From the IMG/VR virus record IMGVR_UViG_3300017783_000075, positions 1 to 37,364 of that record: a stretch of 37,364 nt of DNA. One strand, written 5' to 3'. Positions within the stretch are counted from its first letter, which is position 1; the number at the start of each line of letters is the position of its first letter. Under the pieces are notes generated by a model. That model did no database searches. It was not told where the DNA came from and saw only the letters and a list, made by a program, of their open reading frames with translations. Position numbers and translations under genes: made by a program. Source of the DNA: a virus. Taxonomy: Duplodnaviria > Caudoviricetes. Of the stretch, positions 18,158-26,243 are shown one piece after another.

Positions 18158-18922
18158 TCAACCCTTAATTAACTCACCCCATAGAGATGTTTTACCATCT
18201 ACTATCTGTACCATATGAACTGTAAAAAATCCAGAGTGGTAAAAATCTACAATAGCAAAAGCGTGTTGCCAATTATGTTGCCTATTACCTAACCATTCAT
18301 TAGCCTCTGCACTCATATCTTTTAAGCAACCTATACTCCAAGCTGACTTTACACCATCTATATGAGTAACTGACGACTGCTGAATATCATGGTGATGTCC
18401 ATACATTACATTACCACCCATTCTAAGTAGGTGATTTCTAGTGTGTTGCATACCTGCAAAATGATGACCATGATAAAAGTTAAGCTTACCAATCTTTAGC
18501 ATCTTACCTAATCTGTGATATTTATAACCACGCTCTTTTAACTGCAATGCATTCTTTACTAAGAAATCCTTAGCTAGGTAGGGGTTTTCTTCGACAAATC
18601 TATTAAGCCAATCCTCATGGTTACCTTCAATAAAATGCCTTTCTTTTACATTAGCTTTGTCTAAGGACTCGTCAATTATATCCATACCCTTATTAACTTC
18701 AGCTATTTCTTGAGTAACGAAAGGTAACTGATATTCTAGCGGTGGTCTTTTCTTTTTTTTCCACTGCCAATGACTCACTGAACTCCACTCGCCTGTATCT
18801 CCTAAATCTATGTAGCCATCTGGTTTTATAATTTCTATAGCTTGACACACAACACTTATGGCTTTCATATCTGCCATTGGAAAATGTTTATCAGGTGTAA
18901 CTATATACCTTTTTACTTTCAT
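18158..18922 (-). CDS. Calcineurin-like metallophosphoesterase
   Basis: PDKH, LGD, EGNHE, HGH and GHHH motifs. Start probably at MKVKRY (track gives 18943). Confidence 0.85.
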   Translation of the reverse strand: MKVKRYIVTPDKHFPMADMKAISVVCQAIEIIKPDGYIDLGDTGEWSSVSHWQWKKKKRPPLEYQLPFVTQEIAEVNKGMDIIDESLDKANVKERHFIEGNHEDWLNRFVEENPYLAKDFLVKNALQLKERGYKYHRLGKMLKIGKLNFYHGHHFAGMQHTRNHLLRMGGNVMYGHHHDIQQSSVTHIDGVKSAWSIGCLKDMSAEANEWLGNRQHNWQHAFAIVDFYHSGFFTVHMVQIVDGKTSLWGELIKG

Positions 18923-19158
18923 ATTAACTCCGAGTTTAACCACTTATCTAATGCCTTACTCCATTGGTCATAGGTGGCTTTATTGTTATTATATTTAACC
19001 CATATTGAGTCAAATTCTTCATATAATCTTTTTCTCATATGTCTCAAAGGTCTTGATTTATCTTGACCTCTAAACTTATCATTAGTTATTATTTCTGTCT
19101 TATCCAAAAAGATCTTGTTTAAATCGTTCTTCTTCAAAATACTCAGAATACCTCCCAT
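18919..19158 (-). CDS. Hypothetical protein (true start possibly TTG near 19107)
   Basis: Fills the gap between primase-helicase and phosphoesterase. Confidence 0.5.
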   Translation of the reverse strand: MGGILSILKKNDLNKIFLDKTEIITNDKFRGQDKSRPLRHMRKRLYEEFDSIWVKYNNNKATYDQWSKALDKWLNSELI

Positions 19159-20785
19159 CAGTCAAATTGTATTTTAATTTAGCAGGATTACCTTGATTTG
19201 GCTTTCCATTCTTATATTGAAATCTAATCTTATGTACATGAATACCTGCATAGTCATCCTCTTCTGACTTATGCCTATGGACTGTAATAGCATTATCACA
19301 CTTATTAAACCAATTGGCAGAACCACTTATATCGTAAGGTGTTGGTACTACAGGTTTTCTATTAACATCGTTTTCCATTTTTCTAGGATGAGCAACTAAC
19401 CATATATGCATCTCATTGATTTTAGCAAATGCACTTAACTGAGACAATACCCTAGATATATATAAAGTCTCGTTCTCGCCATCTCCAAATTTATGTTCCA
19501 AAGTATTCCACGGATCAACAATTAAGCCATTTAATCCAAACCTATAATTTAATATCTTGGCTTGTTCCATTATGGATTCTATAGTAACAGAATCTTCTTG
19601 AGTACCTATAAACTTTATGTGGTCATTAAGTATCTGCATTGAACTTCTAGCTGTCGCCTCGTCTAATTTATTATCTCCCCAAAATGGTTTACCTGCAAAT
19701 TTACCTACCAGTTTCAATAAGTGATGCTCAACTGGGAAATTCTCAGCAGAGAATAAACCAAACTTCCAACCATATGATTGAACCATATTAATCATTAAGG
19801 CATCCATCCATTCTGACTTACCCATATTAGGTACACCTGTTATAATTGTAACCTCAGATGGACTAACTAAATAATGTGGATCGACAGCACTCCATCCTGT
19901 AGATAAGCCCTTGTGTTGAGGTTTTAACAATAAATCAATAGCATCATCTTCAATGTCTTGAACCATTATAACCCCATCAATCGGATAAGGATGTGAGTTA
20001 CTTACTATATTCTGAACTTCATCTTCTCCGTGCTTTATAAGTACTTCATTCATATCTTTACATCCATCGGGATATGTAACTCTAAAGCATTTTTCTCTAC
20101 CTATTCGCCTAGATAATTCATCTCTCAAGAATTTACCTGCACTATCTGAATCTGTGCATAATATAACAGTCTCAGCATTCATTAAATGTTCTTCAGCCGA
20201 AAGTAAGTAACTAAACTTCTTATCAGTAGGATTTGAACCACTAGCAGGGGCTCCGTCTGGAACAGATATAACATTCATAAATCCAGACTGCACCAATGCT
20301 AATGCATCCATTTCTCCTTCAGTTATTATAATAGTTTCCATGCCTTTCATTGCATCAAATCTATAAAAACATTTCTCTGCATTTTTAGATTGCTTAAACT
20401 TTTTATCTGCTGTCCTTGATTTTATATTTACAACTTCACCTTCCTTATAAAAGGGAAAATGAATCCACCTATTATCAAAACCTATTTTCTCTGAATCCAC
20501 AACTGCTCTAGTTATACACCTATCTTCAAACCATTGATATACTTCTTCGGGTAATTCTGTCTTTGGTGGCTTTGGTTTTTCTATTGGTGAAATAGTTAAA
20601 TGTTTAACTTTTTTATTTAGTGATCCCTTCCATCCACAATGATGACAATGCCATACTCCTTCATCAATATTTACAGATAAGCAAGTATCTGATTTATTTT
20701 TTCTAACATGAGAACACTTAGGGCAAGTAGTTTTTTCTTGCCGTGATGTACCTCTAACAAATATGCCGTTCTCCTCAAATGTCAT
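19100..20785 (-). CDS. Bifunctional primase-helicase (T7 gp4/Twinkle-like)
   Basis: CPKC..CHHC Zn finger, TOPRIM (ITEGEMDAL, SVPDGA, TDSDSAG, KDMNE), Walker A GVPNMGKS, VDPWN, VAHPRK, YDISGSA. Confidence 0.95.
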   Translation of the reverse strand: MTFEENGIFVRGTSRQEKTTCPKCSHVRKNKSDTCLSVNIDEGVWHCHHCGWKGSLNKKVKHLTISPIEKPKPPKTELPEEVYQWFEDRCITRAVVDSEKIGFDNRWIHFPFYKEGEVVNIKSRTADKKFKQSKNAEKCFYRFDAMKGMETIIITEGEMDALALVQSGFMNVISVPDGAPASGSNPTDKKFSYLLSAEEHLMNAETVILCTDSDSAGKFLRDELSRRIGREKCFRVTYPDGCKDMNEVLIKHGEDEVQNIVSNSHPYPIDGVIMVQDIEDDAIDLLLKPQHKGLSTGWSAVDPHYLVSPSEVTIITGVPNMGKSEWMDALMINMVQSYGWKFGLFSAENFPVEHHLLKLVGKFAGKPFWGDNKLDEATARSSMQILNDHIKFIGTQEDSVTIESIMEQAKILNYRFGLNGLIVDPWNTLEHKFGDGENETLYISRVLSQLSAFAKINEMHIWLVAHPRKMENDVNRKPVVPTPYDISGSANWFNKCDNAITVHRHKSEEDDYAGIHVHKIRFQYKNGKPNQGNPAKLKYNLTDGRYSEYFEEERFKQDLFG

Positions 20786-20787
20786 AT

Positions 20788-21567
20788 TTAACCTCCCTGT
20801 TGATTGTATGATGTTAATATATTATGGAACTTTATATTTCCATTATTTGCCTTATGTCTCAATGTATGTAATGATGTGACTTGAGAGTGCCAGAATTTAT
20901 CTCCCAATGTAAAATCTAAAACATCACAAACAACATTATAATTAACATTATCTAATTTAATTAAATCATATAATGTATTGATTGCTTTATTAAGTAAATC
21001 CGTTTCATCCTTTCCTTCAAATAAATGAGGAAATCTTTTTTTCTGTTTATGTAAAAAATTAGATGCCACATTCTTTAGTGCAATTAATTGCTCATTATTT
21101 ATATTAGGATTTATTGTAGTAATAACTGCCTGTTTATCTATATATAGTTTACTTATACTATTATTATGTAATAATGTTTTACCTGTGGTACTAGGGGCAG
21201 ATATACCTTCTCCTGTGGAATCATTAGCTACCCCATAATCTATAGGTATATAGGTATGACTAGTGATTGGGTTTACCCCATTACCTGTGGGTATAGGGGT
21301 AATGTATCTTTTTATAAATTTATTTGTTCCTTTTTCAAACTCAATTTGCACATGAACAAACCCATTTTCCCTTAACTCTTTTAGGCATCGTGAAACATAA
21401 ACTTTAGTTATATCCATCACTTTACTAAAAAAAATATTTCTTTTAATGCAAGTCCCATCATCTTCTAAAGTTGCAGTTATTTCACAATATAATAATTTAG
21501 ACAAAGGTTTTAGGTTTTTGCTGTGTCTAATATTTAATGGCAATATTCCAAAATATCCATTAGTCAT
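20788..21567 (-). CDS. Replication initiator protein (N-terminal winged HTH, lambda O-like organisation)
   Basis: LKPLSKLLYCEI..N(IF)FSKVMDITKVYVSRCLKELRENGFV HTH; low-complexity central linker carrying DNA repeats; directly upstream of the helicase. Confidence 0.75.
   Translation of the reverse strand: MTNGYFGILPLNIRHSKNLKPLSKLLYCEITATLEDDGTCIKRNIFFSKVMDITKVYVSRCLKELRENGFVHVQIEFEKGTNKFIKRYITPIPTGNGVNPITSHTYIPIDYGVANDSTGEGISAPSTTGKTLLHNNSISKLYIDKQAVITTINPNINNEQLIALKNVASNFLHKQKKRFPHLFEGKDETDLLNKAINTLYDLIKLDNVNYNVVCDVLDFTLGDKFWHSQVTSLHTLRHKANNGNIKFHNILTSYNQQGG
21179..21300. repeat. Iteron-like repeats inside the initiator gene (putative ori)
   Basis: ttacctgtgg at 21179 and 21281; taccccataatctataggtata (21229) vs taccccattacctgtgggtata (21274), 18/22 identical; tcctgtgg at 21211. 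Confidence 0.55.
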
Positions 21568-21775
21568 TTATTCCTCCTTTTACACAATAGTTATAATAAG
21601 CACACTCTTTGCCTTCCTTAATTTTGCAAACCTTTCCTGTGTACTCACTATCAATAATTTGATTAAGTTGTTTGTCGATCATAATACCCGAACATATAAA
21701 GTCAGTATTATAATTTGCACAATTTTTTTTTACGGATGTTTGAATATCGTTTTTTTCTCTGTTCATTCTTAACAT
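21560..21775 (-). CDS. Cys-rich hypothetical protein
   Basis: CANY..CSG..CK..CAYYNYCV; GGAGG RBS. Confidence 0.6.
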   Translation of the reverse strand: MLRMNREKNDIQTSVKKNCANYNTDFICSGIMIDKQLNQIIDSEYTGKVCKIKEGKECAYYNYCVKGGIND

Positions 21776-21813
21776 CTTTTTCCTCCGTAGGTTTAGGTAG
21801 GTTTATGTTTACT

Positions 21814-22086
21814 TCAAATGGATATGGCATTTTTACTCCAATACTTTATAGGGACAACTAATTTCTTTTCTCCACCTAGATTTTTATAAAAACCATTAGA
21901 AAGAGCCTCTTCCGTAGCTATATCATAGGCATACTGCCTTGTAATATAACGAATAGTATGATATTTTACAAGTGGGAATTTTTCTACATTAATTGTCCAA
22001 CTTCCACCAGACATTCTAAGCTTACTAGATTCCTTTTCATATTTAGTTAAAACATAGTTCTTAATATATACTCTTGGCATTCTCAT
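21814..22086 (-). CDS. Hypothetical protein
   Basis: AGGAG RBS, ATGA coupling. Confidence 0.6.
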   Translation of the reverse strand: MRMPRVYIKNYVLTKYEKESSKLRMSGGSWTINVEKFPLVKYHTIRYITRQYAYDIATEEALSNGFYKNLGGEKKLVVPIKYWSKNAISI

Positions 22087-22229
22087 ATTGTCTCCTTTTT
22101 TAATACTTTCCTAGCTACCTCTCTTAAGTAGATAGGATTACCTTGTTCTGAACAACTAGCTATCTCTTCTAGTGCTTCGTGATACCTTTGATTTTCTTTT
22201 AGTATATGACTAATTATATCTTCATACAT
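22083..22229 (-). CDS. Small hypothetical protein (48 aa)
   Basis: Not in ORF track. MYEDIISHILKENQRYHEALEEIA...KKETI; coupled at both ends. Confidence 0.55.
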   Translation of the reverse strand: MYEDIISHILKENQRYHEALEEIASCSEQGNPIYLREVARKVLKKETI

Positions 22230-22389
22230 TATCACTACCTCTATTCCAATCAAATAATATACTCTCTAATAAATCGGGATTCATATTATTTATTAAGTGA
22301 TATACAAAATTAAAAACATCTTTATGTTCTCCACTTAGCCCAATGGAATGTTTTTGTACCTCAGCTAATACCTTATTTTTTTCTAGCAT
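22222..22389 (-). CDS. Small hypothetical protein (55 aa)
   Basis: Not in ORF track. MLEKNKVLAEVQKHS...NRGSDNV; TAATG-coupled to the methyltransferase, AAGGAG RBS. Confidence 0.55.
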   Translation of the reverse strand: MLEKNKVLAEVQKHSIGLSGEHKDVFNFVYHLINNMNPDLLESILFDWNRGSDNV

Positions 22390-23006
22390 TATATCTCCTT
22401 ATTTTCTAGTATTTCATAACATAACTCTTGAGGTATCTTACTACGCTCATAATTACCCTTAAGACCTTGTGTACCTGTTCTACTACCTCTAGGTGCAGGT
22501 TCATGATGGCAATCTCTATTCCCATTGTGACACATACCTCTAGGAACCCATTCAAAGTCATTTGTAAACCAATCTGTTGGCTTCATTCTTGTGTCATTAT
22601 AAGAGCAGTAAGTCACAGTTTTTCTAAATGGAACAGGTTTTATAACATCTAATTTTCTTAGTTTACCTCTAGGATTCTCAATATAAAAATACTTCGGATT
22701 AAAATGATCTATAATATCTAGAGTCTTTTGAACTATTTTTATACCTAGCTTTGCTTGTTCTGTTTTAGGGGTATTGTCTTTGTGCCAATGCTTACCTATA
22801 CTAGCTACAGAAAAGAACGTACAAGGGCAAGAGGCATGGATTATATCGGGTTTAAATGGTACTTTACCCACATCAAACTCTAATATATCTGTGACATAAT
22901 CAATCTTATCAAAGTTATTTATATCAGATGTAAATGTTTTATGTCCTAGGCTTTCAGCAACTTTGCTAAAAGACCTAGAACCTGCAAACAATTCTAATAC
23001 ATTCAT
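22389..23006 (-). CDS. Short C5-cytosine DNA methyltransferase
   Basis: Motif I VLELFAG, motif IV ASCPC (catalytic PC), motif VI IENP. Confidence 0.8.
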   Translation of the reverse strand: MNVLELFAGSRSFSKVAESLGHKTFTSDINNFDKIDYVTDILEFDVGKVPFKPDIIHASCPCTFFSVASIGKHWHKDNTPKTEQAKLGIKIVQKTLDIIDHFNPKYFYIENPRGKLRKLDVIKPVPFRKTVTYCSYNDTRMKPTDWFTNDFEWVPRGMCHNGNRDCHHEPAPRGSRTGTQGLKGNYERSKIPQELCYEILENKEI

Positions 23007-23329
23007 GCTACAGCCCCCATATCATCAATTAATTTATAATCGTCAAATTCTGGCTGAATATTACAATTATCCATTATGGTTGCTTTTATACTACCAACAA
23101 AGGCATTTGCTGATTCTTCGCTATGAACCAAATTATGCTCAAAATAATTACTTATATGATGTATAAATAAAGTTGGCAATATGATTTCTGAAAATTTATC
23201 AAACTTATTATTTGATAGTTCTTCAACATGGTTAGTTATTAACTCATTCATTTTATCATTAAAACTAGTACAATCTTTTTGAAATTGTTTTGTTTCAAGA
23301 TACTTTTCTTTTTGTTTTTCTGTTAACAT
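23003..23329 (-). CDS. Hypothetical protein
   Basis: 108 aa, AGGAG RBS. Confidence 0.6.
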   Translation of the reverse strand: MLTEKQKEKYLETKQFQKDCTSFNDKMNELITNHVEELSNNKFDKFSEIILPTLFIHHISNYFEHNLVHSEESANAFVGSIKATIMDNCNIQPEFDDYKLIDDMGAVA

Positions 23330-23353
23330 ATGTTCTCCTATTTAGTTAAACGT

Positions 23354-23626
23354 TTAACTTTTTATTATTTCTTTTACAATAAACCCTTTTACACTTTGTG
23401 TGTAACTTGTAAGCCCTAAACAAGTTGGGCAGGTTTCTTTTGTTTTTCCGTATGAGGGAAAATCTTGATGTGTTAAAACATACTTTCTATGCTTTGACTC
23501 CATTCTTCCCCCTGCACCATTAATTTGAAAAAGTAATTTTTCCCAACAGTTATTGCACTTCTTACAATGTTTTATAACTTTGTCAGCTTTTTTACTTTCA
23601 TAATGTAATATATTTTCTGATTTCAC
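23354..23626 (-). CDS. Hypothetical Zn-ribbon protein
   Basis: HCKKCNNCWE..DFPSYGK..CPTC; GTG start overlapping the upstream TAG. Confidence 0.55.
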   Translation of the reverse strand: MKSENILHYESKKADKVIKHCKKCNNCWEKLLFQINGAGGRMESKHRKYVLTHQDFPSYGKTKETCPTCLGLTSYTQSVKGFIVKEIIKS

Positions 23627-23799
23627 TATTCTTCTCCCTCGTCTATTCCCCTAAGTTCAATATTATAATCATTAGCTACTTTCTTAAGTAGTATTTCAGT
23701 ATAATATTTTTTATCACTAGTCATTTCTAATGTATAGCCTTGAGTAAATAAATACTCTATAGCATCCATACATTCTTTTTTGCTTACTTTATTTAGCAT
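23626..23799 (-). CDS. Small hypothetical protein (57 aa)
   Basis: Not in ORF track. MLNKVSKKECMDAIEYLF...GIDEGEE; AAGGAG RBS. Confidence 0.55.
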   Translation of the reverse strand: MLNKVSKKECMDAIEYLFTQGYTLEMTSDKKYYTEILLKKVANDYNIELRGIDEGEE

Positions 23800-23945
23800 T
23801 ATCTTGTTCTCCTTATTTGATGGTTAAGTCTGAGAGCGTGAAATCTATAAGTATCTACTTTCATTCTCTCAATGTTTAAATCTGTTTTTAGTTTAGCCAC
23901 CCATATAATAAGTGCCATGAGTGTTAATAATAATATAATCTCCAT
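23799..23945 (-). CDS. Small N-terminally membrane-anchored protein
   Basis: MEIILLLTLMALIIWVAKLK...; ATG 23945 has an AGGAG RBS (the track's TTG start at 23996 is the promoter -35). Confidence 0.55.
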   Translation of the reverse strand: MEIILLLTLMALIIWVAKLKTDLNIERMKVDTYRFHALRLNHQIRRTR

Positions 23946-23967
23946 AAGTTCTCCTATTGTTAGATAT

Positions 23968-23996
23968 AAGTTATTAATAATATAAATAATAGTCAA
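23968..23996 (-). promoter_or_regulatory. Sigma70-like promoter (middle/replication operon)
   Basis: Minus strand TTGACT-17 nt-TAACTT. Confidence 0.6.
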
Positions 23997-24002
23997 GGAA
24001 TA

Positions 24003-24407
24003 TTAAAACCTTGGATTTATATAATCTTTCCAATGATGAATTAATTTTATTTGTTTATTAGTTGATTTATTACCAATCCTCATATTAATCTGCCACCTTT
24101 TATTATGTCGCTTATTTTTTACGTACATTATAACAGGACTAGTCAAGCCGTTAGGCTGTTTAATCTCATGCACTAAGGCAACCCAATCTGCTCTAGATTT
24201 TTTTACATCAAATACAACAGAATCAATGCTATCATATTGGTTAGATAATTTTACCTGTAAAGTAAACATCCTATTTTTTTCTTTGTCCTCTACTATAAAA
24301 TCAACTCCGTCATCATCAATCTCAACTTTGTGAGGATATAAACCCCTCTTTATTAGGTCAATTTTTGCAAAAGATTCTCCAATCATACCCTTTCTAAGAC
24401 TGTTCAT
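24003..24407 (-). CDS. PD-(D/E)XK endonuclease-like protein
   Basis: KGMIGE..DDDGVDFIVE..LQVK. Confidence 0.7.
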   Translation of the reverse strand: MNSLRKGMIGESFAKIDLIKRGLYPHKVEIDDDGVDFIVEDKEKNRMFTLQVKLSNQYDSIDSVVFDVKKSRADWVALVHEIKQPNGLTSPVIMYVKNKRHNKRWQINMRIGNKSTNKQIKLIHHWKDYINPRF

Positions 24408-24627
24408 TTATAACCCCCAAAAATAAATCGGTTCTATTACATACAATTTCTCTAGCAAGTTTTATACTTGTTAATAAATCATCCTTATCAAATTTATAAC
24501 CCATGTCAATCATTAAATTGGGTTCGTCCCAAGCCATATTATTAAAGACATCTGATGTAATAAGGTTTTCAATCTCTTTTAATGCCTCATTAACTATTTT
24601 TCTATTTTCTTTATCAATGTTTACCAT
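24394..24627 (-). CDS. Hypothetical protein
   Basis: 77 aa, GAGG RBS. Confidence 0.55.
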   Translation of the reverse strand: MVNIDKENRKIVNEALKEIENLITSDVFNNMAWDEPNLMIDMGYKFDKDDLLTSIKLAREIVCNRTDLFLGVINEQS

Positions 24628-24628
24628 T

Positions 24629-24787
24629 TTATACCTCTCTGTATATTGTTAAATATAATAACATAATCCAAAATAAACTAGGGAATACAATTTCTAAAAA
24701 TCTCATCATAAAATAATGGTCAAATTTTAAAATCACGAAAAGTGATCCAGAAATGATCCCTAAAATAACACCTATTAATTTATTCAT
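24629..24787 (-). CDS. Small two-TM membrane protein (52 aa)
   Basis: Not in ORF track. MNKLIGVILGIISGSLFVILKFDHYFMMRFLEIVFPSLFWIMLLYLTIYREV. Confidence 0.55.
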   Translation of the reverse strand: MNKLIGVILGIISGSLFVILKFDHYFMMRFLEIVFPSLFWIMLLYLTIYREV

Positions 24788-24960
24788 TGTTTAACCCCTT
24801 GCAATTTCTCTACCTCCAGATATAGCTCATTGTTTCTGTCGTAATCATCCCATTTATAATTGTCTCTAAACTTGTTGGCATCTTCATATGAATCAAATAA
24901 CCCATAGACCATTGAATCACATGAATCCCAATTTGCTATAACTACGTATTTATCTTTCAT
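24784..24960 (-). CDS. Small acidic hypothetical protein (58 aa)
   Basis: Not in ORF track. MKDKYVVIANWDSCDSMVYGLFDSYEDANKF...; GAGG RBS. Confidence 0.55.
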   Translation of the reverse strand: MKDKYVVIANWDSCDSMVYGLFDSYEDANKFRDNYKWDDYDRNNELYLEVEKLQGVKQ

Positions 24961-24961
24961 T

Positions 24962-25450
24962 TTATACCTCTATAGGTGTTAATATTTCAAGTATTCTATC
25001 TGTAACCTTTGGAATTAAGCGCTTGTTTATATGCTCGGCTTCTTCTTCGTCATGCTCTCTATTATATCTAATAGACTCTAAGGCGCTACTTGATACATGA
25101 GCGCCACCCCTTGAATACATTTGAGCAGTTTCATTTAATATATAAAACCTCTTCAGTAGTTCGCAAAGTTCCCAGCCCTCTTTTTCTGAATATGGGGTTT
25201 CAACTAGCCTAGGCTCTGTACCATTCCATTCAGTAAAAAACTCACTCATAAAATTGGTTGCGTGTTCGTGTGAGTTTATATCTTTAGATAACTGAGGTTG
25301 TTTATTATTCGTAAAGGTTTCAATGTATCCGAAACCCCAATACCAATCACAATCCCAACTAGGAGACTGTAGCCAATAATATGTGCCCTCTTTATCTTTA
25401 CCTAATAAATAAACATCTTTATTAAATGCGTGTTTTTTTGTCTTTCTCAT
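24962..25450 (-). CDS. Phage early hypothetical protein
   Basis: 162 aa with Trp-rich PSWDCDWYWGFGY motif. Confidence 0.65.
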   Translation of the reverse strand: MRKTKKHAFNKDVYLLGKDKEGTYYWLQSPSWDCDWYWGFGYIETFTNNKQPQLSKDINSHEHATNFMSEFFTEWNGTEPRLVETPYSEKEGWELCELLKRFYILNETAQMYSRGGAHVSSSALESIRYNREHDEEEAEHINKRLIPKVTDRILEILTPIEV

Positions 25451-25581
25451 TATCTTATTTCCTCTATTTTTTTATCTATTTCATTAAACCAATTTTTCAT
25501 TTCTTGTTCAATTTCTTGAATAGCTTGTTTTTTTAAAAATGCGTTTACATCTTCAAAAAATTTATCATCTAGTTTTTTCAT
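25450..25581 (-). CDS. Small helical hypothetical protein (43 aa)
   Basis: Not in ORF track. MKKLDDKFFEDVNAFLKKQAIQEIEQEMKNWFNEIDKKIEEIR; TAATG coupling. Confidence 0.5.
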   Translation of the reverse strand: MKKLDDKFFEDVNAFLKKQAIQEIEQEMKNWFNEIDKKIEEIR

Positions 25582-25601
25582 TATTTTATTATCTCCTCTT
25601 A

Positions 25602-26168
25602 TTAAATTTCAAAGTTCATTAAATCATTAAAGCTGTCTGTAAAAGTTAAACATTTAACTTTTTTACCTGTCTTTTCAACTCTCCATATTTTCTTGGCTTG
25701 GTGTTTTCTGCCCTCTGTCCAATCATGAACAACACCATTTTTAATCCCGATAACATGACCTGTAACACCCATAACATAATTGTTAATAGGTAGGTATTCA
25801 CTTTGATTATTTGGTGTAATATGTTTATAAGCAGATGTTAAGGTTTCGTTATTATCGGGCTTAAATTTAGGGTATGACCTTTCGCCATTCTCCCAAACAT
25901 CGACACCCGAAACCCATTTTCTAAGGTTATTTAATTCGAAAGTAGGTCTAAACAAAGTAACTTTAAAACCCTCTTGTTTAGCTAATTTTCTTAATAATCT
26001 GTCAGTATGAAAAGGGGCTAAACCTCTATGTTTTTTTCTGCCGTTAGCCATGTAAAAATCATAGATTTTTTTATAATCCATATTGAAAGCAACCGAGGCA
26101 CTTACCAAAGTACAACAACCACTATCGTTTTTATATTCTTTTGTATTTTGTATTTCTTTAATATTCAT
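25602..26168 (-). CDS. Early protein with Cys/His/Asp pattern (possible papain-like/C39-type fold)
   Basis: DSGCCTLVSASVA..GR..G and GHVIGIKNGVVHDW. ATG 26168 follows a GGAGG RBS (the track start 26198 lies inside the ribozyme). Confidence 0.6.
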   Translation of the reverse strand: MNIKEIQNTKEYKNDSGCCTLVSASVAFNMDYKKIYDFYMANGRKKHRGLAPFHTDRLLRKLAKQEGFKVTLFRPTFELNNLRKWVSGVDVWENGERSYPKFKPDNNETLTSAYKHITPNNQSEYLPINNYVMGVTGHVIGIKNGVVHDWTEGRKHQAKKIWRVEKTGKKVKCLTFTDSFNDLMNFEI

Positions 26169-26183
26169 GTTAATTAATCCTCC

Positions 26184-26243
26184 AATTATAGACGGCATAA
26201 TTAAATGCCGTTTCGACTTTATTAAGTCATCTTCAGTATAATT
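26184..26243 (-). ncRNA. Type I hammerhead self-cleaving ribozyme
   Basis: Minus strand: AAUUAUA-CUGAAGA-U-GACUU-AAUA-AAGUC-GAA-ACGGCAU-UUAAUU-AUGCCGU-C^-UAUAAUU. Core CUGAnGA/GAAA/UH is present and stems I, II and III pair perfectly. Confidence 0.9.

Noticed and set aside
21708-21830. Extra 40-aa minus-strand ORF (MPYPFEVNINLPKP...) with GGAG RBS
   Set aside because: Overlaps the 21560-21775 gene by 68 nt and has no recognisable motif; possible but unsupported.
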